From Octopus sinensis (taxonomy: Eukaryota): DNA of 64,000 nt. A model generated the notes under the pieces. That model saw only the letters and a program-made list of their open reading frames with translations, did no database searches and was not told the origin of the DNA. The stretch's first letter is position 1. Each line of letters starts with the position of its first letter. Location: positions 31,000,001 through 31,064,000 of the forward strand of contig NC_043001.1 of assembly GCF_006345805.1 (NCBI RefSeq), written 5' to 3'. The position numbers and the translations under genes are program-made. Shown one piece after another: positions 1-12,942 of this stretch.

Positions 1-617
1 TGTTACGTTAATGTTAACATTTTATGCCGTGAGTATTCAAATGTTAATTATGCGTCGAGGAATAATTAAAGTAATATTAACCATTGGTTTGTGTTGCTAG
101 ATGAACTAGGCCGTTGAGATCTATGTGTCCTTATCGCGATCACGACGTGGTATTAGTGACTAGATATGAACTAGCGATCACGGCGCGGAGTAGTCGAGTC
201 CCCATGGATTCATAAAATTAACTGAATGTTCTGTAGTTTTGTTCCTTGTCTTCGACCCTTGATATTTCATTAGTTGTCAATTTGACGGTAAAAACAGCGC
301 CCGACATAACGTCACCACCTAGCCCATGGATCCCTTTCGCAAAGTCCACTCTGCTGCAAAGTGTGGGACTAGATTTAGAGTCTGAGAGTGATTCTCTCCT
401 TTCCATTTACCATTTTAGAGGTCTGAAAAACGTCACGAGTCGTGTACTACTTCCTCTGACCAAGCCATAAAATGTAGACACAGCAGTGTTATGAAGTATA
501 CTGTGTAAAACACCTCCAGCCCTGTACAACTGACGCGCATATCGTCAGTTTGTATTTGTGACTTCTGTTCCTACAGTGAGTATAATCAAACCAAAGGAAT
601 ACAGAGCATGAAAAAAA

Positions 618-848
618 GCGGCGAGCTGGCAGAAATGTTAGCACGCCGGGCGAAATGCGTAGCCGTATTTCGTCTGCCATAACGTTCTGAGTTCAAATTC
701 CGCCGAGGTCGACTTTGCCTTTCATCCTTTTCGGGGTCGATAAATTAAGTACCAGTTACGCACTGGGGTCGATATAATCGACTTAATCCGTTTGTCTGTC
801 CTTGTTTGTCCTCTCTGTGTTTAGCCCCTTGTGGGTAGTAAAAAAAAT
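618..848 (+). mobile_element. SINE family A (tRNA-like head, conserved central GGTCGACTTTGCCTTTCATCCTTTCGGGGTCGAT block), full-length copy
   Basis: GCGGCGAGCTGGCAGAAA...GAGTTCAAATTCC (Pol III B-box-like)...TTTAGCCCCTTGTGGGTAGTAAA; near-identical to the copy starting at 60758 and to many other copies in the window. Confidence 0.85.
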
Positions 849-1216
849 ACATAGCATAAAAATATTCTCCTCGTTCATGTAAATAAGACCTAAAGAAATT
901 TAAATAGACTATTTGAATAAAGTACAATTAAAAAAATATATATATTTTACCTGCATAAGTTAGTTCCATCTTGAAGGTAAGCATGGATTTGTTGCATTGC
1001 GCATCCGGGCTGAAAATTACGATAGAATTGAAAATATCAATGATTTATCATATTAGTTTAGTAGTTAAACAAATACATGTTTAGGCATTGTCTCCGAGTG
1101 TTCCCGTTCTTGAACTTGAATAAGTTTTTGTTACTCCATGAGCTCTTTGTTCTATTACACACTCGAACACATACTTATAATTATATTTGTGAAGGAAGTT
1201 TCAACAAACAACACAT

Positions 1217-1273
1217 AAATGGCGGTGCCCCAGCAAAATGGCGGTGCCCCAGCAAAATGGCGGTGCCCCAGCA
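1217..1273 (+). repeat. 3x 19-bp tandem repeat AAATGGCGGTGCCCCAGCA (fragment of the SINE B tail)
   Basis: Direct reading; the motif matches GGCGGTGCCCC at 7741 and the GGCGGTGCTCCAGCA of other SINE B tails. Confidence 0.85.
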
Positions 1274-1824
1274 TAATCAAAATCAAAATCAAAATCATAT
1301 ATACGCACACACATACACACTCACGCATTAAGATAACACATGTATACGAATATGCTGTGTGGGGATGGCATGCCAAAAAAATAGACCCAGCATTTCCCCT
1401 GCGTGTCATATAAGACGTTGAGGTGGATTTGCTCTCCGACCTCGTAAAACCCTCACCAGCAGCGACTATCCAAGCAGCCACAATTAGGTTGGATTGGAGG
1501 ATCGTCGACTCAGTGGTGCAAAGGTGTCATCCGCCAGGGGTAGGGAACACCGATAAATGGTGGCTGCAACAGAGCATGAAACCCCCTCCTCCACGCATAC
1601 ACATACATAATAACAATATTAATATAGACACAAGGCCTGGAATTTAGGGGTGGGGCAGGATATAGTCGATCATATCAACTTCAGTACTTGACAAGCACTT
1701 TATTATATTGACTCTGTAAGGATAAAATGTGAAGTCAGGAATTTGAACTAAGAATATAAAGAATCGGAAAAAATACCACTAGGCATTTTGTTTGACTCGT
1801 TAACGATTCTTTCAGATCACCACC

Positions 1825-1826
<2 letters not shown>

Positions 1827-1885
<59 letters not shown>

Positions 1886-1897
1886 TAATAATAATTA
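1827..1897 (+). repeat. (AAT)n microsatellite directly upstream of the LINE
   Basis: Direct reading. Confidence 0.95.
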
Positions 1898-1899
1898 TA

Positions 1900-4051
1900 A
1901 GGCAATCCTTCGTTTTAACTCGACAAAACTAAAACAAACACTCGGTTGTTTCCATGACAACTCGACAATTCAAACAACCGGGAAGTTACACAAAAAGTAC
2001 GAAAAACTACACGTGCAAAACAATTTAACAATCGAAACGAACGGACCGGTACCCTACGAAAATGATGACCGTCAAAATAAAGGGCTGGACGTTGCTCCTC
2101 ATATCCCGCAAATAAAACCAAAAAGGCATAAACGATCACGCGAGGAATATATTTCAATCCTACACGCTTATTTTACAGCAGTGCTCTACACAAAGAACGA
2201 AAACACAACAACATATACATATAAAATCTGAAAGAAAAATAACCTAAATAAAGACTTGGATACAGCAATGAATTCTAATAAACTAGCGAACATACGAAGA
2301 TATATTCTCTCAGCAAAAAAAAAAAAAAAAAAAAAAAATCAGAAATAGAAATAGAACATTTAAAAGGAAAAATACATCAGGAAAATGTAGATAGTAACCA
2401 CACAGCAATGCCAAATAATATAAACACTGAGATAGTAAAACACGAAGACATTTCCAACAAAAGCGAAGTAAACAACAAAAGACAACAAACTTATACCGTA
2501 GGAATGTATAATAATGTACAAAAAGCACCAATCCAGAATACCACAGACAAACATATGAATGAGAAAGAAGGCGAAGCAAATCTAAAACCTGGAAACAATG
2601 AAGGGGAACCTAATGATTATGATACTATAAAAATGAGCATAATCAAAGAACTGAAAACCACAGATCTCAGAATGGACCACCGATTATACCTCCCCAAAAT
2701 CAAAATAGACAATAAAACATCAATAATAAATAGCATGAACCTGGCCGTCACGGAATTAATAGCCACAGAAACAAATGTCAATACCACTGAGCTAAATGAC
2801 ATAATATATGCAGCAGCCTCTGCAGCCACAAAAGAAGCTGGATACTCCCTCAAACCTGGGCACGACAAGATCCCCAACTTCTGGTTAAAATATCTGACAG
2901 GAACACACAAAAAGCTGGTTGAAAACTTTAATGACATATTTGCAGAGTCAGAGACAATGCCTGAATTGTTCACGAAAAGGAAAACTATCCTAATTCCCAA
3001 ATCCACTGAAACGGCAAAACCACAAAACTGCAGACCAATAACCTGTCTCCCTACAATTTACAAAGCCTTTACTGCAATAATATCGCAGAGACTGAGCAAG
3101 CATCTGGAAGAAAACAACCTGTTTCCATAAGAGCAGAAATGGATGCTGCAAGGGCTCATACAGCTGTAAAGATCAACTAATGATCAATAAAGCCATAACT
3201 GAAAACAGCCACAGAAAAAAGAAAGGCCTTAGTGTGGCCTGGATCGACTAACGAAAGGATCCTCGGAACACTAGCCATGAACAAGGTAGCACGAATAATT
3301 ATAAAATACTTAGGACACTCTATGAATAAACGGCAGACAGTGTTACAGTTCCAAACAAAAGAGGAACTCGTGAAAACCAAAGCCATCCCCATTAGAAGAG
3401 GAATATTCCAGGGAGACACGCTCTCTCCACTCCTTTTCTGCTTGGCACTGACACCTTTATCTGACATGCTAAATAAAACTGGATGCGGATACAAATGTTA
3501 CGGCAAAACAATCAGCCACCTCTTACGTTACAAATGATAAAAGGCTGGAAACACTACTACAGACAGTACATGGATTTACCAATGAAATAGATATGAAATT
3601 TAGCTTAGAAAAATGTGCCAAAGCAACCTTGAAAAGAGGAAGACTAGTTAAGAGTAGCAACATCACACTAGATAAAGCCAATGAAATAAGAGAATTAGAC
3701 CAAAGCCAGACATACAAATATTTAGGAATCAATGAACTAGATACAATACAACACACACAAATGAAAGAAAAAATAAGGAAAGAATACTATACACGAGTTA
3801 GATCAATACTGAAAACAGAGCTCAATGTTAAAAACAAGTTAATAGGTATCAATACTCTAGCTTTCCCAGTTATAAGTTGCAGCTACAATATCTTTAACTG
3901 GACACTAAATGAACTGACCAAAATAGACAGGAAAACAAGAATAATAATGACAAGATCTAGGATGCACCACCCAAAATCTGACATAGAAAGGCTATATATA
4001 CAACATATAGAAGGTGGTAGAGGCCTTATACAGCCGGAAAACTATTATTAA
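1900..4051 (+). mobile_element. Decayed RLE-type non-LTR retrotransposon (Dong/R4-like), reverse transcriptase pseudogene
   Basis: ORFs 2408-3130, 3232-3537 and 3593-4051 give PGHDKIPNFWLK, RPITCLPTIYK, RGIFQGDTLSPLLF, YKYLGI and MHHPKSDIERLY...GGRGL. There are stops and frameshifts, and the YxDD motif is missing near 3525. The clade call is from motif style only. Confidence 0.85.
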
Positions 4052-4060
4052 AAAAAAAAA

Positions 4061-4454
4061 CTTCTTGAGAAACCAAATAGTCTTTCCTTCCTTCATGCCA
4101 AGTTTAAAGAAAATATCTTTTGCATCTTACTTTTTTGGTCTCTTAAATATACTGCATTTTGTGGCATTATTTCAAGCCAGCCGGCTTTTTTTGCGCAAAC
4201 TGCACGTGCATTTTTCTCGCGTACGCGTAGTATCGATCGCAACAGCTGATGTACTTGCGCGTACAAATGCACGTTCTCGCGGTTTTATCGATCGCATTCT
4301 CACTTGGAATCGACTTTTGTAATTTTTTCAAGATTTATACATGCTCTGATACCGTCGGTATCTACTTATCAAATTTGAGCGCAATCGGATGGAGGATGCC
4401 CGAGATACTAGAAGACACACACAGAGACAGACGGAACGGATTTTATATAATAGA
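4061..4454 (-). mobile_element. Helitron-like non-autonomous fragment (5' end)
   Basis: The minus strand begins A|TCTATTATATAAAATCCGTTCCGTCTGTC, the same 5' architecture as the complete Helitron at 50507. No 3' CTRR end seen. Confidence 0.55.
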
Positions 4455-6185
4455 TGTTAAAACCAAATATCTCATGACTCAACACACAATAAAAAAATCT
4501 TAAACTTTTTGCAAAAACATTTATATACATACCATAAGTACTACAAAGCTTTTAACAAAGGCTCTATAAAATCTCTCATTACTACAATTAACCTTCTCCA
4601 ATTATAATCTAATATGAACCGCACCAAACTTAGAGCTTGTCTCTTTAATCCAACGTCCACAAACTTATAACTGTATGTACCTGAATGTATACTTGACCGA
4701 AATATACTTCGTTAGCAATTATTTACTACACTAAGTTAGAAATGAACACACTTTGAATTCATACAAATTATGGTACAATCAATATGCTTACACTTTTCAC
4801 AATCAACTAAGAAGTGCAAACATATTTTGTCCCTATTCCCTTTTTTTCCCCTTTACTTGTTTTGTCATCCAAGCACTCTTCCCCTTCACTGTTATTCTCG
4901 CTCCCTTTGTATAGATGCTATCAGCATATAGAAGAATGTATAGACAGAATGTATGAAAACTTATGGCATGGTAAACCTTTTGGTAAAAATGCTACAAAAA
5001 ATCAACAAGATATATATTAACTGATTACGTACACAGGTAGGGTTTTTGGTACCTTCAAAGATACCGTTAATCCAAGAAACAATGGCAGATGGAACGCCTG
5101 CTTCTTCTTCTTTGTCGTATCTCTGAATGAGTTAATAAAGAAAAAAGAAAGATAATGGTTTATAAAGTGTTTACTGTACAAGTGTTTTATGAATAGGAGA
5201 AAATAAGTTCAAGTTCAGATTAGCCATAATTATCTTCCGCACCATGTACCTTCGATAGGAGAAATTTGTATATCATACATGTTATGCACATGAAGAAATT
5301 GAACAACCTCGAATTTGAGGAAGAATTTACCAATATACTGAGGGGAAATAATCTTAGGGACCTGAAAGAAGCTCTGCAGGCTTGAAACAGAAAATTTTAA
5401 CAAATGTACAGAAATGAAGGACATTGTCGTAAGACAAAAGTTAATGGTTGACAAATAAATTAGCAGATTCTGGACTTGCGATAGGCGCATTCTATTTCAC
5501 TTAGAAAGGTATGGCTTTGATATCCAGGAACAGACTGTTACATGAAAAAGTGAAGAATATCCCTTTTTGAATTACATTAGAACAGAAAATGCTGTTATAA
5601 TTTGGCAGATATCAGCATATACCTTATTCATTAGTGTATAAGGTGCACTATTTTGTATTCGATTTAACTGAGAAAACTGCGATGCAACTTATTAATGGGT
5701 CAGTGCTAAAACATTGAAGGGGAAAAATATTTTGTATTATGATTTAATTCTGAACTTGGGACGTGAGTAAATATGGTGATCATGAAATTTCCATGAGATT
5801 ATACAGCAGTATTCGCGGAGAGGATTTCCTTGATGGAATCTGAGACTTGGATAATCAATGTTTTATGTGGTATTCATTTGAAGATAAGGATAGCTCCATA
5901 TTTTTCAAATAATAATTAAAGCAATGAAATAAAATACATGCTCCTGCAAGAAGCTTATCTCAAGATATCAACAGCTTAACATTTTAAAAACATTTAGTAA
6001 ATGTGTTATATATATTATATATATTACCTGTTCCATTTTGCGTTCAATTTCGGCCCCAAGACCGGCTTTCTTTGCCCTCGACATGGTTCTAGTTAGTCTT
6101 TCTTAACTTAACAACGGGAAAGATTCTGCAAGAAAATATACACACAAAATAGTTATTCAGTCTTGCAAATATTCCTGATACACAA

Positions 6186-6216
<31 letters not shown>

Positions 6217-6407
6217 ACACACACACACACAACACACACACACACACACACACACATGTGCATAGTAAATGAAGATAAATGGACAATGACAGTTGAATAC
6301 GTGCTATTTATGTTTTAAAAGCAATCGGTGCACTATAGAAGCCAAATCATCAGCCATTTCTTCGAGCAAGCTTAACAAGAGTTAGTAATTAGAATATCGC
6401 TCTAGAC

Positions 6408-6757
6408 CAGGTATTCTCAACCATTTTTTTTTACCTATGGACTCCTTTGATTGCTATTTTATTCTGGTGGACCCTCGTAGTCATTCGATGTTTAAAAACT
6501 AGTTTCATAGATACTTCTTTCAAAATTCCCATCTTGTTTTTCATACATAAACTTGCGTAGGTTGAACTATGTAAAATGTTAGAGAAAGAAATCTAGCTTT
6601 CTTGCAATATATACCAATACATACATCTGAATCAAACTTTCTTCAGGGGTCCTTACAATACTATTGTGGATCCCCAATTTACTGTGTTGCTGTGTGGAAC
6701 CCCAAAAATCTTATCTGGATCCTCAAGGGCCATATGGACCCCGGTTGAGAACCATTG
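6408..6757. mobile_element. hAT(Charlie)-like MITE
   Basis: Imperfect TIRs CAGGTATTCTCAACC / GGTTGAGAACCATTG with repeated subterminal GGACCC-like motifs; no clear TSD. Confidence 0.65.
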
Positions 6758-6879
6758 TGTATTAATATGATTTGCTTGTTCATACTTTAATAGCGATGAT
6801 AATTATAGACTTTACAATGCTATATTTGTACGGTATAAACTCTACAGATACCAGTGAAATCGTCAGTTTGCGTGTGTGT

Positions 6880-7170
6880 ATCTTACATATTAAAACTGAA
6901 AATGTCTGTGTGTGTGTGTGAGGGGGGTATGTCCTCGTTTGGCGCCAAAACGGCTCGACCAATTTTTCTTAAACTTCACACGTACATTACTTATGTGTCT
7001 GGGAAGGTTTTAAGTACAAATTGATTTTGAAAAAATGTTCGGGTAAACGGCGCGAGGAATAAAATTTGGGCGTGAGTGAACGGTGGGAGTAAAATTTTTA
7101 AGCTTCCAAGGGAAATAACCCATTCCCTTCTGGATATAACCACCAAGGGAAATAACCCATTCATTTTCAG
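6880..7170 (+). mobile_element. Helitron-like 5' fragment
   Basis: ATCTTACATATTAAAACTGAAAATGTCTGTGTG start resembles the Helitron 5' ends at 4454 and 50507. Contains an internal duplicated CCAAGGGAAATAACCCATTC; 3' end not identified. Confidence 0.45.
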
Positions 7171-7357
7171 TATGCTTATTTCTTAGTATTTGGACTATTT
7201 TAGTTATTTTCTCAATTCATCCAATACAACGCTTAAACAAGTAAATAGTATTCTCACAAACAATAGATCCACTTATTTTGGTTAGTGACTTATTTACGAA
7301 TATACCAACACTAGCGCTGCTGAGGGTAATATTCTCTGGGAATGCACAAAAGCTGTA

Positions 7358-7500
7358 TGGCAAGGAGCTTGCTTCCCAGTCACAAGGTTCCGAATTCAAT
7401 TCCATTGTGTAGCACCTTGGGCAAGTGTTTTCTATTATAGATCGGGCCAACTGAAGCCATGTGAGTAGATTTGGTAGACGGTAGCTGAAAGAAGCCCATC

Positions 7501-7556
<56 letters not shown>

Positions 7557-7798
7557 TTATTCTTCACCATTGCTTGACAACCAGTGCTGGCGTGTTTACG
7601 TCCCTGTAACTTTGCGGTTTGGTAGAAGAGACCGATACAATAAGCACCAGGCTTAACAAAATAAAATTTAAAAAAAAAGAATAGAAAGAAGGGAAACAGA
7701 AAAATACTGGGGTTGATTGATTCGATTAAAAATTGCTCAAGGCGGTGCCCCAACATGTCCGCTGTCTAATGACTGAAGCAAGTAAAAGATAAAAGAGA
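7358..7798 (+). mobile_element. SINE family B (tRNA-like head, internal microsatellite, conserved tail), diverged copy
   Basis: Head ...GGATTTGGTAGACGG..., internal (TA)n(TG)n, tail GCTTGACAACC...GACTGAAGCAAGTAAAAGA. Confidence 0.75.
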
Positions 7799-7831
7799 AG
7801 AAAAAAGGTATAGGTACACACACACACGCAC

Positions 7832-7889
<58 letters not shown>

Positions 7890-8059
7890 ACACACACAAA
7901 TGCATAGGGTTGCGTATGCCTGCGTGCATGCGTGCATGTGTATGTTACACCTTCTCGTCAAAGTACATTCACGAGAGATGCGATAAAGCAGTGCTTTGGT
8001 ATATACATCTGTAGGGCATGTTCTAAAGAGTTGCGCTGATGCTCCTTTATCTTACTCGT

Positions 8060-8126
8060 AATTCTGAGTGGATTCTGTCGAAGAGTAACTGAACGAAGCT
8101 CGGCGAATATATATATATTTGTGTGT

Positions 8127-8209
<83 letters not shown>

Positions 8210-8540
8210 TGCGTGCGCGTGTGTGTGTGTGTGTGTGTGCAAGAATCATATTACGATGTAATCTAAATGGCAGAAATCTATCAGAAGAAAAGAAAATCTC
8301 CAGTTCTCCATTTTTTAAAGAAAATTCTCTTACAGATCTGGCATTTGTGTTTGTCTCCCGCCACCGCTTGACAACCGGCGTTGGTGAGTTTACGTCCCTA
8401 TAACTTAACGATTCGGTAAAAGAAACCGATAGCATAAGTGGCAGGCTTTTAAAAATAATACTGGAGTCTATTCGTTCGACCATAATTCTTCAAGGCATGG
8501 CCGCCGTCAAATGACTGAAACAAATAAAGATAAAAAGATA
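8060..8540 (+). mobile_element. SINE family B, diverged and interrupted copy with expanded (TG)n
   Basis: GAGTGGATT...GAAGCTCG head remnant, then (TG)n, then tail CGCTTGACAACCGG...ATGACTGAAACAAATAAAGA. Confidence 0.65.
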
Positions 8541-10869
8541 TGTATTTATAAACCTTATAAATACATATCTTTTTAGCTGTTGTTTCTAGAAACTTAAGTG
8601 ACCGTGTAAAAATTCGTCAGGTCTTTAGTGAATATCATAGGGTACAGAAAGCTTCAAATGTTCAGCTCTTTTAATAAAATACTTCGTGGTAACTTTATTC
8701 TTGACAGTTTCTCGCATACTTACCAGATGTCAGCCTATAATGCGAGGTGATGAGAATTTCGAAAAGTACTTCAGAATGTATTAGCAAAAGCAAGTCTGTT
8801 AGCATGCCTAGCTGTACATTTTGGCATATCAGTGAGATGTTAGGTATGCGGAACCAAAAATGGAGAATGAAGATCGGTGATTTGAAATGCAGCTTTAGAA
8901 ACGGTTGTATGTTTGCTTCTCTTCGAAAGTATTTCGCTATGGGTGATACTCATTCGTGTTATATTATTTTGTTCGGTGCATTAAATGTTATCACTAACTT
9001 ATTTGAGGTCTGTAACTTTGAGCTTGACATCAAAGTGACATAAAGACGTCTGTGTGCTACATTAAAGATCTTAATTACTTCATATTATTTGATGGCTGCC
9101 AATACATCAATCCAAATTAACAATCATTAGAACAACGAATGCCGTATAAGATTCGTTCTGGTTCGGCTTGCTCTGAGTTCAAGCATCCTCGAGTTCAACT
9201 CTTCCTTTCATCCTTTCGGGTGGTTGATAGAATAAAGCAATAATCTAATATTAGAGTCGAGTCTTCTATCTGGAAGAAACCTGTAGCCAGACCTAGAGAA
9301 GAATGGATCCCACTAGATTCAGAATCCCAAAGTTTACATAAAGATTAATTCAATACGTAATGATTAATTTGCGTCTGGTTTGACCTTCAAATAAGAGGGT
9401 CTGGATGACCGAGAGCCTTTTCGAAGAGTGATTTACAACCATCTTTTTGTCCTACAGTAGAAAGGTACATATTATTTTCAACAAAGCGTTGCTCATTTTA
9501 GACAATGTACCTTTCTTAATAGACCTTTCTTATGATGTGAGAGCATAATATATTTCCAAGAATATAGTTTCTTTGCTCCAGCCAATTGATGAACGTGTAA
9601 TAGCTTATCGTACGTTGAGAAGAACTTTCAAACAAGTTTTGAAAGCAACTGGTAAAGAAGATAAACCAGCAGCTAACAACTTCCGGAAGAAGTCGTGGCC
9701 GTGTTAGTGAATGCATTGCTAGTGCCTCATAGAGAAAGTTTATTAAATGAGGAGCTGACCCTGTTACAGCAAAAACAAGCAGAGAATACTGAGGAAAATA
9801 CGAAAAAACTCTACGAATTTCATTTAAACTGATTGAAAAGAATACTACTAAAGAGTTAGCACTTAGAGATGAAGGTCGTAAACGTAACATAAATATTAAA
9901 AGTGATTACAATGCGCTCAACTCCTACACTGAGTTGTACAGAGATGATGGGCCACAAGCATTAAACACTTTTGGATGAGTTCTTCAGCCTTCAAGTAGAG
10001 GATTATGATAGAAATGTCCTTCATCCTGCCAGTAACTCTCATTCAACCACCACTCCTCAAACAGTTCTCAATATATTTTGCGGTAAGTACATACCCAACT
10101 ACGATATTATTAAATTACGTATTTCACTTTAAGTATCTTACATAACTCCGATATTTTTGCATTCATTTATTGATTAGTATTACACTCTGTACTTATCTTA
10201 CGGTTCATATAAAAACCCAGAGTTGAGGACATCAGTGAATTCTCACCACCTCGTCGCCGGAGCTAAGTTAATTCCGTGCAATATAAGTTAGAGTTGGAAA
10301 AATTGGGTTTTGGTTTTGTCATGACAAGGCGGAATTACGATAAACACACAAACGTACGTCCGCGCACACACGCACACACACACACACACGTGTGTGTGTA
10401 TGCATCTATGTATATGTGATGGTGTATATATGTGCGCGTGTGTATCGTTGGCGATTTTCTTTCTCCGTCTTTCCTTCCTTGGACGTGAAATAAAGTGTCT
10501 TGCTCAAGAACACAACACACTGCCCGGTCCAGGAATCAAACTTACTACCTCATGATTATGAGCCTGACGAGCCATGCTCTTCACACACAATCATCTGCAT
10601 ACTAACATATACATTTCCCTGTGTGTATGCGCCTGTGTGTATATGCATACATCAAAAGGGAGTAGTGTACAGGAAAAGGGAAAATAGAATAAAACAAATT
10701 AACAAAACAAAAAAAAACAAAAAATCAAAGTAAAAGCAAACAAACATATAAAAAAAAACAGTTTTAGGAAGGAAAAAAAAGATATATAATATTTTATCGT
10801 TGAAACTATTTTCAACGCCGAGGAAGGATAGGAGATTTGATTGAGGTAAAAGGCCAACAGTTGAGAATT

Positions 10870-10975
<106 letters not shown>

Positions 10976-11472
10976 AAGAGAGAGATAGTTTGATATCAAC
11001 TATGTACACCAGCCTAGTCATGTAATGCCAAGCAGTTGGCTCGGTTTCAAAAATCTAAAGCTAGACGAGGAAGCTAACTATTATTCACCTGCCGCACTCT
11101 CTTCCTCATTTATCTTTCAGTGTTTTCGTCACACTGGAATGTCTACAAGCTTATATACGTATTACCAAAACATCACCCTTTTATGGGTTTCGTTTTCTTC
11201 GTTTTCTTCCCCTTAGTTATATTCCCTTCCTTTCTTTCTTCCTTGCATTCTTTCTTTCTTTTTTTTTCTTTTTTTTTTTTGCTTAAGTGGATTCCTCATT
11301 AGATGTTTGTTTCATTTCCCCTTTCTTTTGTAACAATTTCCTGGTAGTTGCCAAGTAAGTTAGTTCCTTGTATTCCCAGAAAGCGGGCTAAAAAAGGAGG
11401 TGAAACTAAATCTTTTTATAGTAACTTCAAAATTTTATTGACTTTGTTCTTCATATTAAATATCTTTTTTTA

Positions 11473-12262
11473 CTCTAGGCACAAGGCCTGAAACTTTTGG
11501 GGAGGGGGGCGGTCGATTAGATCGACCCCTGTACGCAGCTGGTATTAATTTATCGACCCCGAAAGGATGAAAGGCAAAGTCGACCTCGGCGGAATTTGAA
11601 CCCAGAACGTAAAGACAGACGAAATACCTATTTCTTTATTACCCACAAGGGGCTAAACACAGAGGGAACAAACAAGGACAGACATAGGTATTAAGTCGAT
11701 TACATCGACCCCAGTTCGTAACTGGTACTTAATTTATCGACCCCGAAAGGATGAAAGGCAAAGTCGACCTCGGCGGAATTTGAACCCAGAACGTAAAGAC
11801 AGACGAAATACCGCTAAGCATTTCGCTCGGGGTTCTAACGTTTCTTATTTCTTTATTGCCCACAATGGGCTAAACATAGAGGGGACAAACAAGGCCAGAC
11901 AAACATATTAAGTCGATTATATCAACCCCAGTGCGTAACTGGTACTTAATTTATCGACCCCGAAAGGATGAAAGGCAAAGTCGACCTCGGTGGAATTTGA
12001 ACCCAGAACGTTATGACAGACGAAATACCTATTTCTTTACAACCCACAAGGGGCTAAACACAGAGGGGACAAACAAGCACAGACAAACGGATTAAGTCTA
12101 TTACATCGACACCCAGTACTTAACTGGTACTTATTTAATCGACCCCGAAACGATGAAAGGTAGAGTCGATCTCGGCGGAATTTGAACTCAGCTCGTAAGG
12201 GCAGACGAAATAACGCTAAGCATTTCGCCCGGCGTGCTAACGTTTCTGCTAGCTCGCCGCCT
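11473..12262 (-). mobile_element. SINE family A head-to-tail concatemer (about 4 central blocks)
   Basis: ATCGACCCCGAAAGGATGAAAGGCAAAGTCGACCTCGGCGGAATTTGAAC recurs at about 11552, 11736, 11953 and 12138. Confidence 0.85.
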
Positions 12263-12942
12263 TCCTTATGCAATATATTGAAATATACCCATGGGTGTGC
12301 TGTTAGAAAAATTATAGAACCCCCCCCCCCCACACACCACATACAAAAACCCTAAAGATTATATATTATCTCGATGTTGTTCAATGATTTGCTTGTTCAT
12401 ACTTTAATAGCGATGATAATTATAGACTTTACAATGCTATATTTGTATGGTATTAACTCTACAGATACCAGTGAAATCGTCAGTTTGCGTGTGTGTATCT
12501 TACATATTAAAACTGAAAATGTCTGTGTGTGTGTGTGGGGGGGGGTACCAGTTGTTTCTTTTCTCATCTTATAGAATTCGGAATTAAATTTTCCAATGTC
12601 ATACAATATTTTAAAAATATAATAAAATTTTGCATTTGATTATTGTACTTCGTCAAATTGGCGTTTGGATTTGAACCCAGAAACACGAGGCACAAATTAA
12701 ACTGTATAAAAATTCTACTGCCGTTCATTGCATCTAGTTATGGCCTTTTTGTTTTAAAGCTTAGCCAAAGAAGGAAAGATAACATCTGGCCCATTTTACC
12801 GGTGTTTATAAAGAAGGAAGAAACAGGACGTTGGTCGGAATAATTGCAACGGAAGAGATTCTGCTAAAAGCAATCAAGGATTAATTTTTGTAATCGGATG
12901 ACGGCAGATTAAGTCTACAAAACAGAATAAAAATAGAAAAAA

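Noticed and set aside
218-430. Possible minus-strand terminal exon after a TTTTTCAG acceptor
   Set aside because: All three frames hit stops within about 50 nt of that acceptor, and the 62-aa ORF is unrecognisable.
11473-12262. Regularly recurring repeats resembling a CRISPR array
   Set aside because: The intervening sequences are also repeated SINE parts; eukaryotic context with no cas genes.
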